Positions 11,726 through 22,426 of a DNA stretch of 64,000 nt are shown here, in pieces. The notes below the pieces were generated by a model. The model saw only the letters and a list, made by a program, of their open reading frames with translations, had not been told where the DNA came from and made no database searches. The position numbers were made by a program, and so were the translations under genes. The number at the start of each line of letters is the position of its first letter. Within the stretch, counting starts at the first letter, position 1. Source of the stretch: an uncultured Verrucomicrobiae bacterium (GTDB taxonomy: Bacteria; Verrucomicrobiota; Verrucomicrobiia; Chthoniobacterales; UBA10450); contig CAWFGO010000001.1 in NCBI GenBank assembly GCA_963815455.1, forward strand, positions 576,001-640,000, written 5' to 3'.

Positions 11726-12646
11726 ATCCGCCATTGGAACAAGCAGCCGGATCGATGCTTTGGCAGACGGTGTTCGTGTCGTTCGGTATTATTTTGATTT
11801 TGTTCGAAGTGATCCGCGGCTGGCGGTTCGGGTTAATGCGGCAGCTCACTCGAGTCTGCGCCGTGGCGGCCGCATACGCGGCGGCGATTTTCGGCGGTAG
11901 GCTTTTGCTGCCGATTGCGCGACCGTTCTTGCGAATGCCGGACACTGTCATTGCGATCCTGGCAGGCGCGGTCCTCGCCCTTCTGATCTATTCGGTGATC
12001 AGCAGCCTCGGCGTCATTTTGTTCAAGCGCACCGGCCAACACAGCTCTATGCCAGTGAGATTTTTCAATGGAATCAGCGGAGCCGCTGATCGGTTTATTT
12101 TTTGGCGCTTTCCTAGTTTGGCTGGTCGTTGTGGGCGTTCGTTCCCTTGGCGCTATTGCCGACGGCCAGGTGCACGGGCAAGCGGAGACCGAACGCCTGA
12201 CAAATCGCCCGCGGCTGTTCACGCGGTCCTTTCATCCGAACCGGAGCCGGTGACAAAAAAAGAGGAAGCCGAGCCGGTCATGACTCTCCTGGCGCGATTA
12301 AAAAATTCAATCGAGCTCGGCAGCGTGGGCGAGGTCGTTAAGCAGGCGGACATCACTCCCAAGAAAACCTACGAGATTCTCGGCAAAGTGGGAAACTTGC
12401 TCGGCAATCCGGAGATCGCGGAACGTTTCCTTAGCCTTCCCCGGCGCGCGCGAATTGAGCGAAAATCCGAAGATCGTCGCGCTGCGAAACGATCCCGAAA
12501 TTTCCGAACTCATCAGTCACGGTCGTCTCTTCGATCTTCTCCAAAACGAAAAGATTCTCGCTGCTGCGAACGATCCGGAGTTGATCGCGGAAATAAAGAA
12601 ATTCGATCTCGGGCGCGCGCTCGATTACGCCCTTTACCAGAAGTAA
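11722..12646 (+). CDS. CvpA (colicin V production) family membrane protein with C-terminal extension (frameshifted)
   Basis: [10 protein letters not shown] motif, several TM segments, ATGA overlap with aroC. Confidence 0.75.
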
Positions 12647-12738
12647 CCACGAATCAACACGAATGAACACGAATCCAAGCAGAGGCGGGCGCGCATAGCT
12701 TTCTGCTATTCGTGTCTATTCGTGTTCATTCGTGATTA
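12645..12738. repeat. Hairpin built from (a)acacgaat decamers
   Basis: accacgaatcaacacgaatgaacacgaat ... attcgtgtctattcgtgttcattcgtgatt; related units near 62430 and 63460. Confidence 0.8.
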
Positions 12739-12753
12739 ATTGTTCGCGTGGCC

Positions 12754-14205
12754 ATGGACTACATCACGAACATCGGGCTCGAGGTTCACGTTCAGCTCAA
12801 GACGCGCTCGAAGATGTTTTGCGCTTGCCCGGTTGAGTTTGGGGCCGAACCGAATACACATACCTGCCCGATCTGTCTCGGGTTGCCGGGTGCGCTGCCG
12901 GTAATGAATCACGAAGCGCTGCGGATGACCGTGCTTACCGGGCTCATGCTCGATTGCGACATCGCGCCGACGTGCAAATTCGATCGGAAAAATTATTTCT
13001 ACCCCGACATGCCGAAGAATTACCAGATTTCGCAATACGACATGCCCTTTTGTACAAATGGCAGTGTGCCGTTGCACGACCTCGCTTATCCCAAGGATGC
13101 GCAAAAAAACATCGACACGCCGGACAAGGCGGTGCGTCTGGTTCGCATTCACCTGGAAGAAGATGTGGCAAAGAGTTTCCATTTCGAATCGAGCACCGGA
13201 ATTGATTTCAACCGGGCCGGCACACCGCTGATGGAAATTGTCACGCAGCCGGAGATTAATTCGCCGGAGGAAGCGTTCGCGTTTCTCACATCGCTCAAGC
13301 AGATTTTGATCTACGGCGCCGTGAGCGATGCCGACATGGAGAAAGGTCAACTCCGTTGCGACTGCAATGTCTCCGTGCGTCCCGAAAAGCAGGCCGAGCT
13401 TGGCGTCAAGATCGAGATCAAAAATATGAATTCGATTAGCGGCGTTCGGCGGGCCCTGACCTATGAGATTCAGCGGCAAATCGCTGCTCTCGAGCGCGGC
13501 GACAAATTAGAACAGGAAACCCGCGGCTGGGACGATGTCGCCGGCGAAACTTTTGTGATGCGCACCAAGGAATTCGCCCACGACTACCGCTATTTTCCCG
13601 ATCCCGACCTCGTCCCGGTGAAAACCGAAACGTTACTCGCCGAAGTGCGTTCGCGTATTCCGGAATTGCCGGCGGCGAAACGGACTCGATTCATCGAACA
13701 ATACCAGGTGAGCCCGTACGATGCCGGCGTCCTGGCGGACGATCTCGATCTTGCCCGGTATTTCGAGACGGCAGCGCGAGGCGCGAAGAAACCGAAGAAC
13801 ATCGCGAATTGGATCCTGAACGATTTGCAGAACGCGCTGAGTTCTGCTGGTAAAACCATCGCGGATTGTCCGGTCCCGCCCGAAGCACTCGACGAGTTGG
13901 TCAACCTGATCGATACCGGAACAATCAGCGGCAAACAGGCTAAAGAAGTTTTCACAGAAATGTTTTCCAGTGGCAAGAGCGCAACGGTGATTGTGAAAGA
14001 GAAAGGAATCGAGCAATTGAGCGATGTGAGCGCGATTGAAAAAATGTGCGACCAAGTGATCGCGGCCCATCCCAAACCGGCAGCGGATTTCAAAGCGGGC
14101 AACGCAGCCTCGCTCAATTTTCTTAAAGGGCAGGTCATCAAGTTATCGAAGGGGAAAGCGAATCCGCAGTTGGTGGGAGAGATTTTGGAGCGGAGACTCA
14201 GGTAG
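12754..14205 (+). CDS. gatB: Asp/Glu-tRNA amidotransferase subunit B
   Basis: IGLEVHVQL, FDRKNYFYPD, DFNRAGTPLMEIVT, DYRYFPDPDL. Confidence 0.98.
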   Translation: MDYITNIGLEVHVQLKTRSKMFCACPVEFGAEPNTHTCPICLGLPGALPVMNHEALRMTVLTGLMLDCDIAPTCKFDRKNYFYPDMPKNYQISQYDMPFCTNGSVPLHDLAYPKDAQKNIDTPDKAVRLVRIHLEEDVAKSFHFESSTGIDFNRAGTPLMEIVTQPEINSPEEAFAFLTSLKQILIYGAVSDADMEKGQLRCDCNVSVRPEKQAELGVKIEIKNMNSISGVRRALTYEIQRQIAALERGDKLEQETRGWDDVAGETFVMRTKEFAHDYRYFPDPDLVPVKTETLLAEVRSRIPELPAAKRTRFIEQYQVSPYDAGVLADDLDLARYFETAARGAKKPKNIANWILNDLQNALSSAGKTIADCPVPPEALDELVNLIDTGTISGKQAKEVFTEMFSSGKSATVIVKEKGIEQLSDVSAIEKMCDQVIAAHPKPAADFKAGNAASLNFLKGQVIKLSKGKANPQLVGEILERRLR

Positions 14206-14279
14206 GGACGTTTCTCCGAGACGCCCGACAAATTTGATACCAATAATTCGACGGACGCCCCGGAGGTGCGTCCCTACCT
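14200..14279. repeat. GTAG REP-like palindrome overlapping the gatB stop codon
   Basis: aggtagggacg...cgtccctacct. Confidence 0.75.
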
Positions 14280-14280
14280 G

Positions 14281-15387
14281 ATGAAAATCTTAATCGCTCC
14301 CGATAAATTCAAAGGTTCGCTCAATGCGCGCGAAGTCGCCGAGAACATCGCGAAAGGACTCCGCGATGTTTTGCCGGAAGCGAAGATCGACATCGTCCCG
14401 ATGGCGGATGGCGGCGAAGGAACTGCCGAAGTAATCTGCGACGCACTAGGTGGAGAATGGGTGACGACGCGCGCTCACGATTCGCTCGGTCGCGAGATCG
14501 ATTGCCGATTTGCCTGCATCCATCAGCAAAGACTCGCGGTGATGGAGATGAGTGAAGCCGCGGGACTGCGGCGATTGAAAAGGGATGAGTACGATGTCGA
14601 TCTTGCCAGCACATTTGGCGTAGGAGAAATGCTGCTTGCTGCTGCCGAGCGAGGCGCCGAAAATATTATCGTCGGCCTGGGCGGCAGTGCGACGAACGAC
14701 GGCGGATTCGGGATGGCCCTCGCGTTGGGATTTCGATTTTCCGACGCCGAACTCCGGCCGGTTCAATCGCTCACCCGGATTAGTGAAGAGGATTTGATGG
14801 AAAGACCCACGCATTTGGAACTGCCGCGAATAACCGCCGCGGTGGACGTGAGAAATCCGTTGCTCGGAGAAAACGGCGCGACGCGCGTCTTTGGTCCGCA
14901 GAAAGGAGCGACAGCCGACAAGATCGAAATTCTGGAAGGCGCGCTGACCAAGCTCGCTGATATTGTTTCCAAGGAATTCGGTGTCGATTATCGAGAAGAG
15001 CCGGGCGCGGGCGCGGCAGGCGGGCTCGGGTTCGGTCTAATGAGTTTCTGCGACGCACAAATTCGACCGGGATTCGAAGTCGTGGCGGAAGCCGTCCGGC
15101 TCGAATCGAGAATGAAAGATGTCGATGTTGTGATTACCGGAGAAGGCAGTTTGGATCGCCAAACCCTGGAAGGGAAAACGCCAGCGGGTGTGGCCCGACT
15201 GGCCCGGCAACTTGGCAAACGCGTGTTCGCCATCGCTGGACGCGCAAGCCAAGATCGACAAGTGCGAGAAATTTTCGACGAAGTTTTTGAGTTGGGCGGG
15301 ACAATTTCCGAAGCGCCCGAGTTGTTGCGAGAGCGAGCGCGGGAATTGGCGCGGTCATTCCAGGCGGAGTCGCCTGCCGCGCCGTAG
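14281..15387 (+). CDS. Glycerate kinase (GlxK/GarK family)
   Basis: IAPDKFKGSL, PMADGGEGT, GLGGSATNDGG, GAGAAGGLG, ITGEG. Confidence 0.95.
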   Translation: MKILIAPDKFKGSLNAREVAENIAKGLRDVLPEAKIDIVPMADGGEGTAEVICDALGGEWVTTRAHDSLGREIDCRFACIHQQRLAVMEMSEAAGLRRLKRDEYDVDLASTFGVGEMLLAAAERGAENIIVGLGGSATNDGGFGMALALGFRFSDAELRPVQSLTRISEEDLMERPTHLELPRITAAVDVRNPLLGENGATRVFGPQKGATADKIEILEGALTKLADIVSKEFGVDYREEPGAGAAGGLGFGLMSFCDAQIRPGFEVVAEAVRLESRMKDVDVVITGEGSLDRQTLEGKTPAGVARLARQLGKRVFAIAGRASQDRQVREIFDEVFELGGTISEAPELLRERARELARSFQAESPAAP

Positions 15388-15486
15388 CTTGTCCGCGAAG
15401 GCGGGAAGAATCCCGCGGCGATACGATTAGGTTGCATCACGGGATCCCTCGACTTCGCTCCCGCCACGGCGGGCAGGCGGGATGAC
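15384..15486. repeat. GTCAT/ATGAC-family REP-like element with a nested mini-palindrome
   Basis: gaagaatcccgcggc...cacgggatccctcgact...gggatgac shared with 55396-55489. Confidence 0.7.
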
Positions 15487-15655
15487 CGCGAAGGGACTAC
15501 GCGTTCACTTGCTCAGAGGGCGCCAGTGGATAACAAGAAAGCTCTTGTCTTTCACAGATCAGTTTCGTATTCGTCGGCGATGTTGTTTGTCGTTATCCCC
15601 GCCTTTTCTGTAAATTTTTCTCCGCTTCTCCACCTCTTACCCTTATAAACCACCT

Positions 15656-18600
15656 ATGATCGATAACACACGCTCTGTTCTACGTTGTCCATTCGTCGCG
15701 GTTCTCGCCGCTCTTGCCGGAATCGTGCTCGTTCCTAAGCCGGGACCTGCTGCCACTCTTCAGGCCGGTAAATACCAATGCATCAATGGTTTTGGCCAAT
15801 GCCAGGTGGAGGTCTGCGACTACGACACGATTATCTGGGACAATCTCACAGTGAATGTCGGTTCAGGGTTTGTTCCCGGTAGATACGAAATAAAGATGAG
15901 GAGCCAATATCAGAATGTGGAACCCGTTGATATTATTGTGGATGGAAGCGGAGGCTACACGGTTGATCTTGGCCCTAACGGTGGGAATTACTGGGGTGCA
16001 TGGTCAATCAATGTCAGAAATGAGGCACACACCATCTTCTATTTTGATCTTGACGGTAAGCCACCTGGCGCACAAGCCAGCGTGGTTTGGGATACGGTAG
16101 CTATTTATCCCGTTTCTTGTCCTCCCGGTGGATATAACGCGGGCGTGATCCTCCATGGCAACGTAACGGTAACGATCGGACCGCCGCCGGTTCCAGAACC
16201 TGCGAATACTAAATCGTGCGATGTGAAGTCTTCGGCATGCCCTGGCCCAGGTTGCGGAGGTGGAGTTCCGCCCCCAATGGCCGTCTATACGGCTCATTCA
16301 ATGCTGGCGAGCCTAAACATCGAAGACACGCCCTTTCGATTTGCCCCCTCTATTGGGCCAGCCATTGACTTTACGCTCACGTACAATCAGCGAGAGCCAG
16401 CTCCACCCATAAGCTCGACATACTCCAATCTTGGTCCCAAGTGGTCATTCAACTGGTCGAGCTTCATAATTGACGATCCCGCAATACAACAATCCAAGAT
16501 CGCTTTGCACCCGCCCCGAGGTGGCGTTGAGGTCTTTACATTTCCTCCTGGTTCGCAAACCTCATCGCCTGAGCCTCAAAGTCACGCGGTTTTGGTTCGC
16601 AGCACAAATAGCTACGAAAAGGATTTTCCCGACGGCTCAAAGCATATCTATGGCCTGACAGATGGATCCAACTCGTATCCCCGGAAGGTGTTCCTGACGC
16701 AAGTCGTGGACGCGGCGGGTAACGCCACGACAATCGGCTACGAAACGGATTATTTTCGCGTTACAACATTGACCGACGCGCTCGGAAACACATTCACGCT
16801 TTCGTATGAGCTTAGCGGTGATGTGTACAAGGTTACGAAAATCGCCGAACCGACGAGCTTCGGGCTCAATCGCTCTGCATCTTTTGAATACACAAACGGC
16901 AGGTTGACGAAGATAACGGATGAGATCGGCATTGAATCGATATTTACGTATAGTCCGGGAACGGATTTTATTGATTCGTTGACAACGCCGTACGGCACCT
17001 CGCACTTCGCGACTGACCAGAACGGAACGAACAAATGGGTTGAGATGACCGATCCCTTGGGTGGCAAGGAGAGAGTGGAGTATCGCGATAATGCACCTGA
17101 CATTAGTGGCTCCGATCCATCAGGCACTGTTCCCGCTGGATTTACAAATTCCGATCTCGATGTGGCGAACACATTTTATTGGGACAAGAAATACACAACC
17201 TTGCACCCGCCGGACACGAATCCGTATGATTATACCAAAGCCAAGATCATCCATTGGGCGAAGAATTCCGACGGATCAATATCGGGTATTAAAGCCAGCG
17301 AGAAGGCACCACTGGAAAATCGCGTCTGGTACGCCTATGAAGGGCAGTCGGATACCAATCACACAGGACCAAGCGCGAATCCAATTAAGGTCGCTAGAGT
17401 TCTCGATAATGGCTCCCCGCAGATTCGAGAGTACCAGTACAACAACAGTTTCGGCAAGATGACTAGATCGATTGATCCGGTTGGGCGAGTCATGAGCTAT
17501 GATTACGACCCGGCCAATCACATTGATCTTTTGGCTGTCCGGCAAACCAGGGGCTCAAATGACGAGCTTCTCCGTACGATGACTTACAATTCTCAGCACA
17601 AGCCGCTTACGGATACCGACGCGGCTGGGCAGACGACAATTTACTTTTATAATTCGTTCGGCCAGGTAACGAGCGTGCAAAACGCGAAAGGCGAGACCAC
17701 CACGTACGATTATGGCGACGGAACCAGTGTGCCCACAGGCTATCTGGCTTCGATCACGAGCCCGCCATTCAACGGCAATTCGGCTGTGACAAGTTTCACT
17801 TATGACGACGCGAGGCGCGTTCACACCGTCACAAATGAGGCCGACGATTACACCGTGACGACCGACTATGACAATTTGGATCGACCGACGACGATTACGT
17901 ATCCCGATACGACGACGCAGGAATTCAATTATACGCAGGATTTCATGGACGGACGCGGGGTCCAAAAGCTGCTCGATGTTTACCACAAGCACCGATTCGC
18001 CGAGGTCGCGCAACCGTGCGGCATTACAACACGAATCGACAGATGGATTCACTCACCGAACCGTTCGGGGACAATTCGACGCGCACCACACTCTATGGCT
18101 GGTGTACATGCGGCTCGCTGACCAGCATCACCGACCCGAACACTCACGTGACGATGTTCGATCACGATTTGCAGAGCCGGGTGATATCAAAGCAATTCGA
18201 CGATGCGACTTCGATTACCTACATTTACGAAGACACGACCAGTCGATTGAAATCGATGACCGACGCCAAGAGTCAGCGAACAAATTACGAATACACTGCT
18301 GACGATAATCTGGAACACATCACTTACACCGACACCGCCGGCCAGCCGCTTGATCCGCCCACGCACGCGGTCGATTTCACTTACGATCCGGATTACAACC
18401 GCGTAACTTCAATGACAGATGGCACCGGGTTGACCAGTTATTCCTATTATCAGATCACGGCCACGCCGCCTCTTGGCGCGGGCCAGTTGCACACAGTCGA
18501 TGGCCCGCTGGCTAATGACGCGATTACTTACGGCTATGACGAATTGGGACGAGTAGTCAGTCGATCGATCAACGGTGTCGCGTCGAGTGTGACCTACGAT

Positions 18601-20538
18601 TCCCTCGGCCGGCTCGACACGAGCGACAATGTGCTTGGTCACTTTTCCCGCATTTACGATGGCGCGACTCACGTGACGCCCCGGATTCAGACGGTCAATT
18701 ATCCGAATGGTCAGACCGCAAACTATGGGTACTTCGACAACTCGCACGATCGGCGTCTGCAAACGTTGCAAGATCTAACCTCTACCTCGGTAAACGTGTC
18801 GAAGTTCGATTACGCCAATTACGATCCGGAAGGACAAATCATAGATTGGACGAAAACGCTGGATAGAAGCACGCCGATCGTGAGCAGCCACACATACGAT
18901 TCGGCGGATGAACTGACCGAAGTCACCAATACGACGGCGGGAAATCCGCCGACCTCCCTCAACTACGGCTACGATCCGGCCGGCAATCGGACCAGCGACA
19001 ACTCTGGCAGCTATTCGATCAACGATGTGAACCAGATCACCAACAAAGGCTACTCGCATGATCTCAATGGCAATATGACCAGCGATGGCGTCCTCGGTTT
19101 TGAATGGGATGCGGCCAATCGTTTGACTGCGATTGTCCATCCCGGAGACGGCGGACGAAGTGAGTTCACCTACGACGGCCTCAGCCGGCGTGTCCAGATC
19201 GTCGAGAAGGACGGGAATGGTTTAGTCCAACGCACAACCAAGTTTGTTTGGGACGGACAGACGATTGCTGAAGAGCGGAACGGCGCGAGTACGGTGCTGA
19301 AACGCTTCCTGCCCGAAGGCGTGCAAATTCCGGCCAACGCCAGCCCGAACCAGAAGCTGTTTTACTCGCGCGATCATTTGGGAAGTGTCCGGAGTTTGAC
19401 CAATGAGGATGGCACACTGCTTAGCTCTATCGACTACGATCCGTACGGCAGCATCAGTCGTCCGCCTGTGCCGGCCAACGTCACGACAGATGGCCCCGTC
19501 ATTGCCGGCGCAGTGTCGAGGAAGACACACGGAGGAGCGGGAACGTTCGACGTGACATTGCCGCTTAGTGGAGCGCCCGGGATTGAGATGCGCAATCTTA
19601 ACGGCAATTACATCCTGGTCTTGACCTTTGATCGAACGGTCGTCGCGGGAACCGCCACGATTGCCTCCGGAGTGGGGACGGCGGGATTGCCAACGTTCAT
19701 CGGAAACACCGCCACGGTCTCGCTAAGCGGAGTCACCGATCGGCAGACCATCACCGTGGAACTGGACAATGTCGTGGGCGTGACCGGACTCACCGACAAG
19801 GTGTTCGTGACCATGAGCGTGCTGGTAGGCGATGTGAACCAGAACGGGGCCGTGACCAGCGATGATATTGATCTGGTAAGGGCGAATCTCGGCGCGGTGA
19901 TCGACAATTCGACATTCAAGTACGACGTGAACGCCAACGGAGCGATCACCAGCTCGGATCTAGCGCTCAACAAATCAATGTACGGGGACAGTTTGTTTCC
20001 CGATTTCGCCTTCACTGGCCACTATTACCATGCGCGCAGCGGCCTCTATCTGACGCTTTACCGCGTTTACAATCCGGCGATTGGGCGATGGATTAGTCGC
20101 GACCCAATAGGAGAAACACATGAACTGAATCTATATGAATATGTCAGAAATAATCCCTTAAATAGAGTCGATCAATTTGGCCTCTGGCCAAGGACGATTC
20201 TGAACTATGGAAGTTGTTGCAATAACTCCTCAAGAGCGGAATGGGCATCCGTAGTGGGCGTGGGGTGGAAAATGCTGCTTCCTGGGCAATGTGTCGGCTT
20301 GATCATCGACGGGACAGATTGTGAAGGAATGACATGCGGAGGAGGGTTTTATTATGTGAGCGGTCTCACAATCGGAACATGCTCAACGCCCGGTTGTGAT
20401 CTTCCGCCATTTACAAATCGCCGCTGGACTCCGAGCGATAAGGACCCTGGAGCTCTCTCTCCTAGCCAACGTGGGATGCTCTATGGAGATACGCCGCCTG
20501 GATATACTTACGGCCCACGCCCTCCGGCAAGACCGTAA
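15656..20538 (+). CDS. Rhs/YD-repeat polymorphic toxin with N-terminal signal peptide and internal Ig-like+dockerin insertion (frameshifted near 17980-18016)
   Basis: YD repeats; core DHLGSVR...YDPYG and FTGHY...RWISRDPIG...NLYEYVRNNPLNRVDQFGL; 117-aa Cys-rich C-terminal tail. Confidence 0.92.
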
Positions 20539-20558
20539 CGTCAGCAACATACGAGATT

Positions 20559-21017
20559 ATGCCCCCGAAATCCGGCCAGAGACTGAGCTTCACAAGGCTG
20601 GCTATCTTATCTCTCGTTGGTTTCGCTGCGGTGCTCTGGATCACTTTACCGCGAATCCTGCATGGAGATTGGAACCGAACCTTTGCCAAACTGGCCGATG
20701 ATCGTTCTATTATTGCGCTCGTCCATGGCTATACAGATAATTTAGCAGATGGTTGGAACGTCAGTTTGATATGGAAGAAAGGGGACGACCGGTGGCATGT
20801 CTATTATCTAAATCATGAAGCTTACTTTGAAAGTTACGAGTTACGACACCGCGATCGGTACATCGACGTATTCTGTAATGGCACTCTGATGGGCCAGCTG
20901 GACACAAGTACCGCTGAGTTTTTTCATGCGAGACAAAACTTCCTGTACAAAAAACCGATCGGGGCGATTCACAGCGCAAACATGGAAGATTACGAAAAAT
21001 GGTCTTATTGGCCCTAA
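20559..21017 (+). CDS. Candidate immunity protein for the Rhs C-terminal domain
   Basis: 20 nt downstream of Rhs, lower GC, N-terminal TM segment; function inferred from position. Confidence 0.6.
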   Translation: MPPKSGQRLSFTRLAILSLVGFAAVLWITLPRILHGDWNRTFAKLADDRSIIALVHGYTDNLADGWNVSLIWKKGDDRWHVYYLNHEAYFESYELRHRDRYIDVFCNGTLMGQLDTSTAEFFHARQNFLYKKPIGAIHSANMEDYEKWSYWP

Positions 21018-21116
21018 GTTTGGAGAAATGGAAACGGAAAGGGAAAAGAAAGGCGTCAGTCTTAGAATCCCGGCATTTTGGGTTCGAGAGCTGTCATTGC
21101 CTTTTTCGAGCTATTG

Positions 21117-21217
21117 GAACCAGATCATCAGCAAGGGTTACACTCACGATCTCAACGGCAACATGACCAGCGATGGCGTCCTCGGTTTTGAATTGGATGC
21201 GGCCAATCGTTTGACTG
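21117..21217 (+). pseudogene. Duplicated Rhs core fragment
   Basis: About 91/101 nt identical to 19029-19129 (NQI..KGY.HDLNGNMTSDGVLGFE.DAANRLT). Confidence 0.9.
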
Positions 21218-21219
21218 GG

Positions 21220-22246
21220 GGGCGGAAAGGGGTCAGGGCTAAGTATTGACACAAACCGCAATCGTGGTCATTCTTGACCCGATGGCCAGGCCGTTGCGGA
21301 TCGAATATGCGGGCGCGATTTATCATGTCTTGAGCCGAGGGGATCGGCGTGAGGCGATCTTTCGGAGGGATGCCGATCGAGAGCTATTCCTTGATCTTCT
21401 GGCCCGGACCTGTCGGCGCACCGGGTGGCAGGTTCATGCGTATTGTCTGATGAGCAATCATTTTCATCTGGTAGTGGAAACTCCGCGCGGCAACTTGAGC
21501 GCCGGCATGCAGTGGCTCCTTGGTTCTTACACGCAGCAATTCAACCGGCGTCATTCTCTTTGGGGTCATCTCTTTGGGGGTCGCTACAAAGCGCTCCTGG
21601 TCGATGGACGCCGAGGCGCTTATCTGCGGCAAGTGTGCGATTATGTGCATCTTAACCCGGTGCGGGCCGGCATGCTGCGGAGAAACGAGAAGGTGCATAG
21701 TTACCGTTGGAGCAGTTGTGCTCATTATCTAAAGAACAAAGGGAAGCGGCCGGCCTGGCTCAGGGCGAATCGCTTGTTGGGCGAGCACGGACTGCTCAAC
21801 GATGGCGCGCGTGCCCGGAGAGAATTCAGCCGGCGAATGGAATCGATGCGCCAAGAAGCCAATCGGCCCGAGGAGTTGCGGGCGATTCGGCGCGGCTGGA
21901 AACTTGGCGCGGAAGATTTTGTGGATTGGATTGTGGAGAAAATGGAGGTTCCGGCCCAGGAAGCTCATCCGGGTCGAGACCGGGACGAGACGGAGCAGGC
22001 CAAGGCATTGCGAATTGTGCGGGAAGAGCTCAAGCGATTAGGTTGGACTAAGGCGGAACTACAACGACGCCGCAAGGGAGACGCGGGCAAGGTTGCGTTG
22101 GCGCGCCGACTGCGCGAAGAAACCGCTGTGAGTTTAAAATGGATCGCAGAGAATCTGCACATGGGCACGTGGACGCATGTATCCAATCGGCTTTACCATG
22201 GAGGCTTCTAAAAATGTCATTACTTAGCTCTGACCCCTTTCTGCCC
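21220..22246 (+). mobile_element. Y1/RAYT-type element bounded by ~32-bp terminal inverted repeats
   Basis: Left gggcggaaaggggtcagggctaagtattgaca (21220-21251) versus reverse complement of 22215-22246: 29/32 identical. Confidence 0.8.
21282..22211 (+). CDS. REP-associated/IS200-like HUH tyrosine transposase with C-terminal HTH
   Basis: MARPLRIEYAGAIYHVLSRG, AYCLMSNHFHL (HUH), YVHLNPVRAG, YRWSS. Confidence 0.93.
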   Translation: MARPLRIEYAGAIYHVLSRGDRREAIFRRDADRELFLDLLARTCRRTGWQVHAYCLMSNHFHLVVETPRGNLSAGMQWLLGSYTQQFNRRHSLWGHLFGGRYKALLVDGRRGAYLRQVCDYVHLNPVRAGMLRRNEKVHSYRWSSCAHYLKNKGKRPAWLRANRLLGEHGLLNDGARARREFSRRMESMRQEANRPEELRAIRRGWKLGAEDFVDWIVEKMEVPAQEAHPGRDRDETEQAKALRIVREELKRLGWTKAELQRRRKGDAGKVALARRLREETAVSLKWIAENLHMGTWTHVSNRLYHGGF

Positions 22247-22250
22247 TTTC

Positions 22251-22421
22251 TTATCTGCCGCAAATGTCGTGGCCCAGAGAATCTGTAGTCAGAACCAGTG
22301 TTGCAAAGACGTAACCGTACGTGTGATCTGCGACAAGTATTGGGTCATAGACGCAGTAAAGGCCCTTGTCGATTCGTCGATGTGCGGTCGAGCGCTTCCG
22401 TTTAGCTGCAAGAGGAAATAG
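22251..22421 (+). pseudogene. Orphan Cys-rich toxin C-terminal tail without a start codon
   Basis: Translates LSAANVVAQRICSQNQCCKDVTVRVICDKYWVIDAVKALVDSSMCGRALPFSCKRK*; stop lies 5 nt before the next gene. Confidence 0.55.
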
Positions 22422-22426
22422 GAAGT

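Noticed and set aside
15656..20538. T6SS-delivered Rhs or a cellulosome
   Set aside because: No PAAR, VgrG or EagR and no cohesin scaffoldin in the window; a signal peptide is present instead.
19029..21217. Diversity-generating retroelement TR/VR pair
   Set aside because: Mismatches are mostly synonymous and not adenine-specific, and there is no reverse transcriptase.
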